From positions 1 through 26,667 of IMG/VR virus record IMGVR_UViG_3300044512_002323: 26,667 nt of DNA; one strand, 5' to 3'. Positions within the stretch are counted from its first letter, which is position 1. Every line of letters begins with the position of its first letter. Of this stretch, positions 7,692 through 15,804 are shown one piece after another. Position numbers and translations under genes: made by a program. Origin of the DNA: a virus. Taxonomy: Duplodnaviria > Caudoviricetes. The notes beneath the pieces were generated by a model that was given only the letters and a program-made list of their open reading frames with translations, was not told the origin of the DNA and searched no databases.

Positions 7692-9509
7692 TTATCCAAG
7701 AAGATCTTGACAGATAACAAGACCGTACATATCAGGTCTAACCATCTTCTTAGCATAACGGGTCATGACACCCTTACGAGGTACGAAGTCCTCGACACCG
7801 AAGATAGTTGGAGTTACCTGAAGCGGTACATATGGAGCATAGACATACCCGCTCTCAAGGAACGATCCGCCTTTTCTACCAACAAGAACGACATTTCTTG
7901 GGAAGTAAGGATCCACATAAACATCGAACTTCTTGCTCAACGAACCAACATTGACAGCACCGATAGTTCCACGATCAGCATCGTGAGTTACACTAGCACG
8001 GAAGCCAGCAGTGAACTCAAGGATGTTAGCAACTTCTGGTGAACAAACAACGAAGTTAGCACCACCACGAAGTGTCTTTCTGTGGATCTGAGCCGATACA
8101 TCATTGATGGTTTCTGCAAGAGTCTCATACCATTCGGAAACAGTACCAGTGAAGTCAGCACCAAGCAATTCTTCATTAGCAGTTCCGCCAACGATTGGAG
8201 CACCAGTGTCTCTGGTTACAAACTTACCCGGACGACGGGACCAGTATTGAGTTCCAGCAGTAGCACCTTTGATAAGGTCTTCAAGGATCTCTCTGTCGAT
8301 CTCAAGAGCGATCTGCTCAGAAAGAATGCTTGTAAGCTCAACTTCTGCATCAAGGTTGTGATAAGCATTGAGGTCTTGACCCAATTCTGGTGTCCACTTA
8401 GCCTTAAGCTTCTTGGTTTGAGCAGTAACCGCAACGGAATCAACTTTGATGTCGATTTCTGGGATTGCTTGCTGGTTTTCAAGCTGCCATTCAGAAGCAC
8501 CAACAACAGATCCGATAGCATTGCTAGCATTGAAATTGTCATCGATTGGGAAGCTCAATGAGAAGTCAGCACCGGTTACACAGTGAAGCAAGTTTGTTCC
8601 GTCGATTGGAGTATCAACTCCGTTACCCAAAACTTGTGAACCAGTTGCTTCGAAAACAAGCTTAAGCTTGAAGATAGCAAGCTCAGGATCATCACCAACA
8701 GAACCAGTAGATACTTCAGTCAAACGACGAACAAGGCGACCACCAAGGATACCTTCTCCAGCAACTGTGGAATCCAATGTTCCCAATGCTACCAAGTTTC
8801 TCAAGTCCATCTGAGCCAAGTCAGAAGTACCGGTCATTTCAAAAACTGCAACCTGTGATCCAGAAAGGTCTGGGTCGAAGCGGCAAAGCTTGTTGAGTGT
8901 ATTTTGATCAGCCGCCGAAATAGCATAGTCTCCTGTGCTTTGTGCGGCAGCACCAACAGTACCAGAAGCAACCAAGAACAATGGGTTAGCAGAAACATCA
9001 ATCAACTCAGACCCAGTTGGGCTTGAGAAACCGTTGTTCAAGCTGTATGGTCCTCTTTCAAGGTTGTCGCCTGTGAGGGAAACACCACCAGTCAACTGGC
9101 TAGCAACAACTCCACCACCGTAAAGTGAAGAGTCATCAGGATATCCCGGCTTTGCTGGGCTTGGAATATCACCATTTACTGTGAAGTCCAAGAAGAAAAT
9201 GAGTCCCGATGGGAGGCTCATTGGCTGAACACTAACAAGGTCGTTAGCGATCAAGGAACCGAATACACGGCGAACGATTGGGAATGCAACTGCTGCAAAA
9301 CCCTCGACATCGCCACCAGCCATGGTGGATGCCTCACGAAGCAACTCTTTAGCTTGGTTCTCAAGCATGCGAGCCATTCCGTCTTTTGCACGGTCACTGT
9401 TAAGTCCCTCAAGAAGTCCGGTCTTCTCCCACTTGTTAAGTAGGGCTGCACCTTCTTTCTGGAGATCACGGTTGACAATGCCTTCTGTCAATTTATCTAA
9501 TACAGACAT
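7692..9509 (-). CDS. gp23: Major capsid protein (T4 gp23-like), 605 aa
   Basis: Motifs KWEKTGLLEGL, PIVRRVF, VSVQPMSLPSGLIFF, KLKAKWTPELGQDLNAYH.LDAEVELTSILSEQIALEIDREI, GYVYAPYVPL and KGVMTRY. The SD is AGGAG. Confidence 0.97.
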   Translation of the reverse strand: MSVLDKLTEGIVNRDLQKEGAALLNKWEKTGLLEGLNSDRAKDGMARMLENQAKELLREASTMAGGDVEGFAAVAFPIVRRVFGSLIANDLVSVQPMSLPSGLIFFLDFTVNGDIPSPAKPGYPDDSSLYGGGVVASQLTGGVSLTGDNLERGPYSLNNGFSSPTGSELIDVSANPLFLVASGTVGAAAQSTGDYAISAADQNTLNKLCRFDPDLSGSQVAVFEMTGTSDLAQMDLRNLVALGTLDSTVAGEGILGGRLVRRLTEVSTGSVGDDPELAIFKLKLVFEATGSQVLGNGVDTPIDGTNLLHCVTGADFSLSFPIDDNFNASNAIGSVVGASEWQLENQQAIPEIDIKVDSVAVTAQTKKLKAKWTPELGQDLNAYHNLDAEVELTSILSEQIALEIDREILEDLIKGATAGTQYWSRRPGKFVTRDTGAPIVGGTANEELLGADFTGTVSEWYETLAETINDVSAQIHRKTLRGGANFVVCSPEVANILEFTAGFRASVTHDADRGTIGAVNVGSLSKKFDVYVDPYFPRNVVLVGRKGGSFLESGYVYAPYVPLQVTPTIFGVEDFVPRKGVMTRYAKKMVRPDMYGLVICQDLLG

Positions 9510-9531
9510 TTTATTTAATTCTCCTATAAAG

Positions 9532-10551
9532 TTAGTTTAATCCGGCTAATCTTCGCATTCTATCGATACGAGGATCGGCTGGTTGTTTAGCCTCTTTAGT
9601 TTGTGGTAACAAAGTAGATTTCCTACTGACCGCTTCGCTAAGTGTTTTTGGGGACTCTTTCTGAGTGCCACTCACCGTGCTTTGAAGGGTTTCAAAGATT
9701 ACCTTAGCTTCTTCTACAGAGTTGGCTTTTGAAATAGCTTCGACAAGTTTTGCTTTTTGTCGCCCATTCAACGAGTCGCTAATCAAAACCTCATTTGTAT
9801 AAAGTAGCTTCGCATTTTGAACGGAGGTTTCGTTCAATGCATTTTTTAACTTGAGGACAACATCCTCAAAGTGTTCGGTCTTAGACTGGAATGTCTGGAG
9901 CTTTTCTTCAAGCTGTGCTTTTTCAGCTTCAAGTGCTTCTACAGATTCTTTCAACTTGCCAACTTCCATCTCTGCTTCTTCTGCATGTGCTTCCAATGCC
10001 TTATATTCTTCATGGGCATCATCCACCTGAGAAACTGGAGTTCCAAGCCAACCAGACTTTTCTGGTTCAAAGTCAAGAGTAAGCTTCTCGGCAAGTTCAC
10101 CAATAGCTTCTTCGTCTAAGTTGATTTCTTCATCTTCAAATAAGTTAGTCAAGTCAATTTCGTCATTTTCCTGAAGTTCTTCTTTTTCTTCAGCATCTGC
10201 TTCATCTTCGAGTTCATCTTCAGCAAACTCATGACGATCAGTCATGTCTTCTGCTTCGTCTTCTTCATCAGCCAACTCTTGGTCAATCATCTGCTCAAGT
10301 TCTGCGAAGTCAAGTTCAATAACTTCTTCACCAGCAGCAGGAGCATCACTAACATCAGAAGCAGCCATTGGGATATTATCTATCATAGCTCCTTCTTCTT
10401 CGTTGATAACTTCTTCTTGATTGAGCATGGTATCAACTGCTTCTCTGATTTCTTGCGAGTATTTCTCAATAATTGTGGACTCTGCACTCTTAATTGCAGC
10501 TTCTTTGAGGGCTTTTGCATCGACGATTGCTTGATCTAACATTGATGACAT
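9532..10551 (-). CDS. Prohead core / scaffolding protein (gp22-like)
   Basis: Highly acidic, coiled-coil protein immediately upstream of the capsid gene. It has many L/I-x-E sites and C-terminal RMRRLAGL. Confidence 0.75.
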   Translation of the reverse strand: MSSMLDQAIVDAKALKEAAIKSAESTIIEKYSQEIREAVDTMLNQEEVINEEEGAMIDNIPMAASDVSDAPAAGEEVIELDFAELEQMIDQELADEEDEAEDMTDRHEFAEDELEDEADAEEKEELQENDEIDLTNLFEDEEINLDEEAIGELAEKLTLDFEPEKSGWLGTPVSQVDDAHEEYKALEAHAEEAEMEVGKLKESVEALEAEKAQLEEKLQTFQSKTEHFEDVVLKLKNALNETSVQNAKLLYTNEVLISDSLNGRQKAKLVEAISKANSVEEAKVIFETLQSTVSGTQKESPKTLSEAVSRKSTLLPQTKEAKQPADPRIDRMRRLAGLN

Positions 10552-10598
10552 TTGTATAATCTCCTAATATATAATCACAAAATAGACATTTTGCATCG

Positions 10599-10610
10599 TA
10601 ATAAATAGTT
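10599..10610 (-). promoter_or_regulatory. Putative late-promoter motif AACTATTTATTA
   Basis: Identical 12-mer to 1736-1747, upstream of the scaffold-capsid genes. Confidence 0.55.
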
Positions 10611-10648
10611 CTATAAAATGTAAAAATACAAAAAAATAACAACTTAGT

Positions 10649-10903
10649 CTATGAAATCACTAAGTTACCATCTTTATCCCAAGAAAGATTGGTTTTACCC
10701 TCTAAAAAAGCTTGTATTGACATTAGATAAAAGTCCATCTCGTTTGGTTGTATCTTCTTTGATTCGAGTTGATTGTAGCACCATTGGATCACGGTGTTAA
10801 TGATAAAAAGTTTAGGAAAGAATATAACATTGTCCTCGACCCTGTATTCTGGATCGTTCTGTTTCACATACTCAATGATTTCAGATCTATTGCTTATTCT
10901 CAT
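10649..10903 (-). CDS. Hypothetical protein (about 84 aa, likely start MRISNR)
   Basis: Open frame filling the gap between fibre and scaffold genes. The track's TTG start at 10954 runs through a strong hairpin, so the ATG at 10903 is preferred. Confidence 0.55.
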   Translation of the reverse strand: MRISNRSEIIEYVKQNDPEYRVEDNVIFFPKLFIINTVIQWCYNQLESKKIQPNEMDFYLMSIQAFLEGKTNLSWDKDGNLVIS

Positions 10904-10916
10904 AGGAAAGAAAGGT

Positions 10917-10946
10917 GAGGGCAGAGACCCGTAGATCCCTGCCCTC
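10917..10946 (-). terminator. Very stable C(UACG)G hairpin after the 1184-aa fibre gene (terminator or 3' stabiliser)
   Basis: The minus strand reads GAGGGCAGGGATC-TACG-GGTCTCTGCCCTC: a 13-bp stem with two G:U pairs and a UNCG tetraloop, followed by ACCTTTCTTT. Confidence 0.7.
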
Positions 10947-10960
10947 GATTTCAAAAAGTA

Positions 10961-13900
10961 TTACTTCTTGAGGGCTTTCTTCAAGTCTTCAATCTGAACT
11001 TGTTGAGCCTTTACAGCCTCAACGAGAACCGAAGTAAGTCTTGAGTAGTCAACCCCGGAGATGCCTTCATTAGTGTGAACAGCCTTTGGAAGTACTTCTG
11101 CAACTTCTTGAGCGATGAAACCGAAGTCTCTTTCGCCGTTGTTCTTCCAAGTGAATTCAACACCGTTGAGGGACATGATAGTATCAAGAGCAGTGTCCAT
11201 TGTCTGAACTTCTGTCTTCAAGCTTTCATCCGAGTAAGTAACGAATGCAGCAGCACGGATCTTGTTGATGTTATCCGATCCATTAGCAACATCGATAGCG
11301 AAGTCAGAGGAAGCATCACCACCAAGGTTCATGATTGTTCCGCCAGCATTGACGAAAGCAAGAGCAGCTTCCGAAGAAACCCACTGCATTCTTTCGCCAG
11401 AATCAGCACCATAAACAACGAAGTCTGCACCAGCACCGTCAGCACCGAATTGTACATTTTCGTCTACTGTAAGAGTTCCGTCAATGAAAACTCTACCAGC
11501 ATCAGTAATGCTAACTCCAGTGGATCCATAACCACCACCGATAGTTACACTGCCCTCAACATTCATAGAACCAGAGAATCCAGCACCGCCTTCAATGATC
11601 AAGCCGCCAGCCATCTGGAGGTTTCCGGAACCAGAGAAGTGTCCGTCCAATACGATTGCATCCATCGAGGATACATACTGAAGGTTAGCTTCGTCTTCAA
11701 GTGCTCCACCTGCTCCAACAAATGGAATTCTTCCAGCAGTAAGACCGGAGATGGAAACACCAGTGAACTCTGGGCTATCGCCTGTTCCGAGTCCGAGGCT
11801 TGTTCTAGCAGTATCACCGCTTTCGTAAGCGAATGCACCTGCACCAGTAGCAACGATGAATTCACCGTCAGCAGCCGGAGCACCAAGTGTGTCGAGATCT
11901 TCAAGAACACCATCAACAGCAACAGTGATAGAAGAACCAAGGTCAACTTCTCCGATTGCAGCCATACCAGCACCAGCAGTAAGAGTTACAGAGTCATTTA
12001 CAAGTCTTGCATTAGCAACACTTCCGTCCTTAAGAACAGCAGAGAACTGACCATCAGCCAAGCTCATGTCTACTTCGTCAGTATCAGCAACACTGAAGTG
12101 TGCTCTGACTTCAGCAGCGGATGGACCTGTGTAAGTAATAACACCAGTGCTTGAGTCGTAAGCGAGGCTTCCGTCTCCACCAGCATCAGTTACAGATACA
12201 GATGCTCTTGCTCTTGCTTCAGTGAAGTAGAGGTTCGATGCACCTTCTGCAAGGTCATCAGTGTCGAAGTTGTTAAGTTCTGCAATCTTTGTAGAAGCAA
12301 TCGATCCAGACAACATATCATTTGTGATACCAGCAGCCTTAACTTGAAGACCATTAGTGCCATCGATTTCGATTGAGCTATCATCAACGATAGCAACAGC
12401 AGAGAACTGACCCGAGCCATCATAGCTCATGTCGATACTTGTGCTGTCAGCAACGGAAACAGCAGCATGTACTCTAGCATCAGTGTAGTAGAGGTTCGAT
12501 CCCTCAGCCAAATCGCCAGTGTCAGCAGCAGCCATCTTTACATCCCATGATGCAGAGAAGTTAGCTGGCAACGAAGCGAATGCACCTGTTGAACTGTCGT
12601 AGGAGATGAGATCTCCGTCAGCACTGAAGTGTGCTCTGACTTCAGCAGCGGATGGTCCAGTGTAACTGATAACACCAGTGCTGCTGTCGTAGGACAAGCT
12701 TCCATCTCCACTTACATCGTTTACGGAAATAGCTGCTCTTGCTCTTGAGTCTAAGTAGTAAAGGTTCGATGAACCTTCAGCAAGATCATCAGTGTCGAAG
12801 TTGTTCAATTCTGCAATCTTTGTAGAAGCGATGCTTCCAGAAAGCATGTCGTTAGTAACACCAGCAGCCTTGATTCTCAAGTTGTCAGATCCGTCATCTT
12901 CAAGACCTGCACCAGCGAAGTCGGCTGGCTCAATGTTGAGAGTTACGGCAGCACCAAGGTCAACTTCTCCACCACCCTTGAGACCGTCACCAGCAGTAAC
13001 AGTTACAGAGTCGTTTACAAGTCTTGCATTAGCAATGCTTGCATCTCTAAGTTCAGCACTAAACTGACCAGATCCGTCGTAGGACATATCGATTTCAGCA
13101 GTGTCTGCAACGGAAACAGCAGCATGTACTCTGGCATCAGTGTAGTAAAGGTTGGAGCCTTCAGCAAGATCACCAGTATCAGCAGCAGCCATTTTTACAT
13201 CCCAAGATGCAGAAAGGTTAGCAGCAACAGTCGAGAAAGCACCAGTCGAGCTATCGTAGGAAACAAGGTCTCCGTCAGCACTGAAGTGTGCTCTAACTTC
13301 CGCAGCAGATGGTCCAGTGTAGGAAATTACACCAGTCGAAGAATCGTAAGACAAGCTTCCGTCTCCGCTTACATCGCTCACAGAAATAGCTGCTCTTGCT
13401 CTGGAGTCCAAGTAGTACAAGTTGCTCGAACCTTCAGCCAAGTCGTCAGTGTCGAAGTTGTTGAGTTCAGCAATCTTAGTGGAAGCGATCGATCCAGAGA
13501 GCATGTCGTTGGTGATACCAGCGGCTTTTACTCTGAGAGCATCCGAGTCCAATTCGATCGAGCTATCATCAACCTGAACAGCCAAGACACCAGAAGCGGC
13601 ACCAAGACCATCACCAGCAACAGCAGACATGAAGTCTACAACACTGTCTCTACCAGCAGCATTGCTTTCAGAAGCATCGAGGAAAACGAGTTGGTCATTT
13701 GCTGGGTCGATGTTCGATCCACCCGGAACTTCGGAAAGAGCTTCGGAAACAACACCGTCAGTGATGTCGATACCAGTTCCACCAGAGAAGTGTGCTCTTA
13801 CTTCAGCAGCCGATGGTCCAGTGAATGTGAATACACCAGTGGAGTTGTCGTAGGACAAGCTTCCGTCGCCGCCAGCATCGTTTACGGATACAGAAGCTCT

Positions 13901-14515
13901 TGCTCTTGCATCTGTGTAGTAAAGGTTCGAACCTTCTGCCAAGTCACCAGTGTCAGCAGCAGCCATCTTTACATCCCAAGAACCTGAGAAGTTAGCAGCA
14001 ACTGTGGAGAAAGCTCCAGTTGAACTGTCGTAAGAAACAAGGTCTCCGTCAGCACTAACTGCTGCTCTAGCTCTTGAATCCAAGTAGTAAAGGTTTGTCG
14101 ACCCTTCAGCAAGGTCGTCAGTGTCAAAGTTGTTAAGTTCTGCAATCTTTGTCGAAGCAATCGAACCAGAGAGCATGTCGTTGGTGATTCCACCAGCATC
14201 TACACTGATTGTGATAGCCTGTCCCGAAGCAGCAGCACTAAGTCCGTCTCCAGTATCAACTGTGAGAGATTGTCCAGCAGACAAGTCAATTTCGCCTGTT
14301 CCGCTGTCACCAGCGATTCCCAAAAGGGAACCAGCAGCAAGGTCGATCGCTTCAGCATGCGAATCACCTTCAAGTTGAAGGTAAAGTCTAGCTGCACCAG
14401 CCGAACCAGACGAGAAGAGGTAAACCCCTCCGCCCGGAGCGGATGCATCTACAGATCCAGAAATGTTCTGGATTTCTAGATGTCTTTTGTATTGAGTTAC
14501 ATCAAAATTAGCCAT
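10961..14515 (-). CDS. Repeat-rich fibre protein with C-terminal peptidase S74 intramolecular chaperone
   Basis: Rich in Ala/Gly/Ser/Asp, with 7 copies of DLAEG(x)xNLY(Y/F). The C-terminus YSDESLK...GFIAQEV...VDYSRLTSVLVEAVK plus a coiled coil is the S74 pattern. The SD is AGGAGG. Confidence 0.85.
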   Translation of the reverse strand: MANFDVTQYKRHLEIQNISGSVDASAPGGGVYLFSSGSAGAARLYLQLEGDSHAEAIDLAAGSLLGIAGDSGTGEIDLSAGQSLTVDTGDGLSAAASGQAITISVDAGGITNDMLSGSIASTKIAELNNFDTDDLAEGSTNLYYLDSRARAAVSADGDLVSYDSSTGAFSTVAANFSGSWDVKMAAADTGDLAEGSNLYYTDARARASVSVNDAGGDGSLSYDNSTGVFTFTGPSAAEVRAHFSGGTGIDITDGVVSEALSEVPGGSNIDPANDQLVFLDASESNAAGRDSVVDFMSAVAGDGLGAASGVLAVQVDDSSIELDSDALRVKAAGITNDMLSGSIASTKIAELNNFDTDDLAEGSSNLYYLDSRARAAISVSDVSGDGSLSYDSSTGVISYTGPSAAEVRAHFSADGDLVSYDSSTGAFSTVAANLSASWDVKMAAADTGDLAEGSNLYYTDARVHAAVSVADTAEIDMSYDGSGQFSAELRDASIANARLVNDSVTVTAGDGLKGGGEVDLGAAVTLNIEPADFAGAGLEDDGSDNLRIKAAGVTNDMLSGSIASTKIAELNNFDTDDLAEGSSNLYYLDSRARAAISVNDVSGDGSLSYDSSTGVISYTGPSAAEVRAHFSADGDLISYDSSTGAFASLPANFSASWDVKMAAADTGDLAEGSNLYYTDARVHAAVSVADSTSIDMSYDGSGQFSAVAIVDDSSIEIDGTNGLQVKAAGITNDMLSGSIASTKIAELNNFDTDDLAEGASNLYFTEARARASVSVTDAGGDGSLAYDSSTGVITYTGPSAAEVRAHFSVADTDEVDMSLADGQFSAVLKDGSVANARLVNDSVTLTAGAGMAAIGEVDLGSSITVAVDGVLEDLDTLGAPAADGEFIVATGAGAFAYESGDTARTSLGLGTGDSPEFTGVSISGLTAGRIPFVGAGGALEDEANLQYVSSMDAIVLDGHFSGSGNLQMAGGLIIEGGAGFSGSMNVEGSVTIGGGYGSTGVSITDAGRVFIDGTLTVDENVQFGADGAGADFVVYGADSGERMQWVSSEAALAFVNAGGTIMNLGGDASSDFAIDVANGSDNINKIRAAAFVTYSDESLKTEVQTMDTALDTIMSLNGVEFTWKNNGERDFGFIAQEVAEVLPKAVHTNEGISGVDYSRLTSVLVEAVKAQQVQIEDLKKALKK
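11900..14200 (-). repeat. Shuffled internal protein repeats in the fibre gene
   Basis: Module A (xTNDMLSGSIASTKIAELNNFDTDDLAEG) x4, module B (ADGDL.SYDSSTGAF...WDVKMAAADTGDLAEGSNLYY) x3, module C (GDGSL.YD.STGV...TGPSAAEVRAHFS) x4, and ANARLVNDSVT x2. Boundaries are approximate. Confidence 0.9.
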
Positions 14516-14551
14516 TTAGCAAATCCTCCTAAAGATTTATGGTTATAAGTT

Positions 14552-14576
14552 AAGAAAAAGACACACGAGGTGTGTC
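14552..14576 (-). terminator. Terminator-like hairpin in the leader of the fibre gene
   Basis: The minus strand reads GACACAC-CTC-GTGTGTC (7-bp stem) followed by TTTTTCTT. Confidence 0.5.
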
Positions 14577-14579
14577 CAT

Positions 14580-14591
14580 ATATAATTAGTT
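14580..14591 (-). promoter_or_regulatory. Putative late-promoter motif AACTAATTATAT
   Basis: Variant of the recurrent motif upstream of the fibre gene. Confidence 0.5.
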
Positions 14592-14614
14592 TTTTAGAGA
14601 GGATTTAGAGGCTG

Positions 14615-14642
14615 AAAAAAGCCAAATAATACGAATTTGGCT
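14615..14642 (-). terminator. Intrinsic terminator after the 151-aa gene
   Basis: The minus strand reads AGCCAAAT-TCGTATT-ATTTGGCT followed by TTTTT. Confidence 0.65.
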
Positions 14643-14672
14643 GTAAACTATTGGAAGGAGGGGCTAAAAAAA

Positions 14673-15128
14673 TTATCCAACACCGTGAGTATTGACACCT
14701 GAGCCGGAAAGTTCGTACATTTCGGAAGCAGGAATGCCTGTCAATTCGGCATACATATAAAAGCCCCCTAACGATGTTTGAGTGGGAGTGCCGTCACTAA
14801 TATAGATCTCTTTGAACTTGCCTTCGATTTTGAGGGTGCATACAGATGCATCATAATTTGTATTACTAGCAAACAATGGCATTAGGTGATTTCCAGCAAC
14901 AACACCGCCAGTAGCTCCATCCGCAGCAGAAACAAGATGAACTTTTAAGGCATCAGCATTTCCAGCAGATCCTGTGTTGACGAGTGTTATTGATTTAGCT
15001 ACAGTTGGGAATTCAATCTTGACCTCTCCTCCGTTACCAACGAAAGAACCAGTCATGAATGGTTTTCCTGCTACTTGATATGCGGCTGAATTTCCTAATC
15101 CGCTCGCTCTTGGTGAATATATAGACAT
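14673..15128 (-). CDS. Hypothetical protein, probably virion-associated (beta-rich)
   Basis: 151 aa, Gly/Ser-rich, SD AGGAG. It contains GLGNSAAYQVAGKPFMTGS and C-terminal ELSGSG. Confidence 0.7.
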   Translation of the reverse strand: MSIYSPRASGLGNSAAYQVAGKPFMTGSFVGNGGEVKIEFPTVAKSITLVNTGSAGNADALKVHLVSAADGATGGVVAGNHLMPLFASNTNYDASVCTLKIEGKFKEIYISDGTPTQTSLGGFYMYAELTGIPASEMYELSGSGVNTHGVG

Positions 15129-15139
15129 TTTTACTACTC

Positions 15140-15376
15140 CTAATCTTTATATCTTGCATCGTACTCTCTTTGGAGTCTCTTGATGGTTCTTCGTCTTTCT
15201 TCTTTCTTTCGTCTTCGTTTGGCCGCTGGCTTTTCGAAGAACATGAACTTTTGTCGCCATTCGTCTTGAATGCCTTCTTTTTTTACTTTTTTGATGAACC
15301 TCTTGATCATTCTTTCAGGAGACTCGTTTTTTCTTGGTGTCACTTCAACATGAACTGGTTTAGCTTTCTTTCCCAT
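15140..15376 (-). CDS. rpsU: Phage-encoded 30S ribosomal protein bS21
   Basis: A 78-aa, very basic protein. V.V...ES.ERMIKRF.KKV.KEGI..E.R....FEKP..KRRRK matches the bS21 pattern (V.V..nE.le.alrRFKr.....G...e.r.re.yeKP...rkrk). Confidence 0.88.
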   Translation of the reverse strand: MGKKAKPVHVEVTPRKNESPERMIKRFIKKVKKEGIQDEWRQKFMFFEKPAAKRRRKKEERRRTIKRLQREYDARYKD

Positions 15377-15383
15377 TTTGTAC

Positions 15384-15803
15384 CTATTTTATTAGTTGTT
15401 TCCAAACATTTGCCCCACCAAGCAGACTTGAAATGTCTACTCCAGAGTCGCTTGGATCTACACCCTCTAATGCTGAAGAAGGTGCTCCTGTTGGTGCTGC
15501 TGGTGATCCTGCTTTTTTGATTGGTGTTGTGCCTTCAAAAAGGTCAACACCACCATAGGAATCTTTACCAATAGCATCAAGCATCTTTTTTCTTGTCTCG
15601 GCTAGTTTCTGCTTTTGCTTTTCTGCTGCTTCTAAACTAGCCTGCTCTGTAAAGGTCTGCTGTGTAGCAACTGGCTGTTGAACTGTCTGTGTTTGCCCCA
15701 CTGCTTTTACTACTTCTGAAATGACACTCTTGAGAACACCCTCTTCGACGAGGACTTCTTTTACACTCTCTTTGATCATTTCTTTGAATTCGCTTTTCTT
15801 CAT
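15384..15803 (-). CDS. Hypothetical protein (possible prohead core component)
   Basis: 139 aa, directly downstream of the protease. The N-terminus is MKKSEFKEMIKESVKEVLVEE, with I/L-x-E sites. Confidence 0.7.
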   Translation of the reverse strand: MKKSEFKEMIKESVKEVLVEEGVLKSVISEVVKAVGQTQTVQQPVATQQTFTEQASLEAAEKQKQKLAETRKKMLDAIGKDSYGGVDLFEGTTPIKKAGSPAAPTGAPSSALEGVDPSDSGVDISSLLGGANVWKQLIK

Positions 15804-15804
15804 T

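Noticed and set aside
11075-12154. 359-aa plus-strand ORF (also 13124..13987, 287 aa)
   Set aside because: These are antisense shadows of the fibre gene. They are Ser/Thr-rich by-products of its codon bias, with no recognisable motifs.
11900-14200. Repeats as a CRISPR array or a diversity-generating retroelement TR/VR pair
   Set aside because: The repeats are in-frame coding modules differing mainly at synonymous sites. There are no constant repeat-spacer units, no evident adenine-specific variation and no reverse transcriptase in the window.
14516-14672. tRNA or other structured ncRNA in the largest intergenic gap
   Set aside because: Only two short hairpins are present, with no cloverleaf, T-loop or CCA signature.
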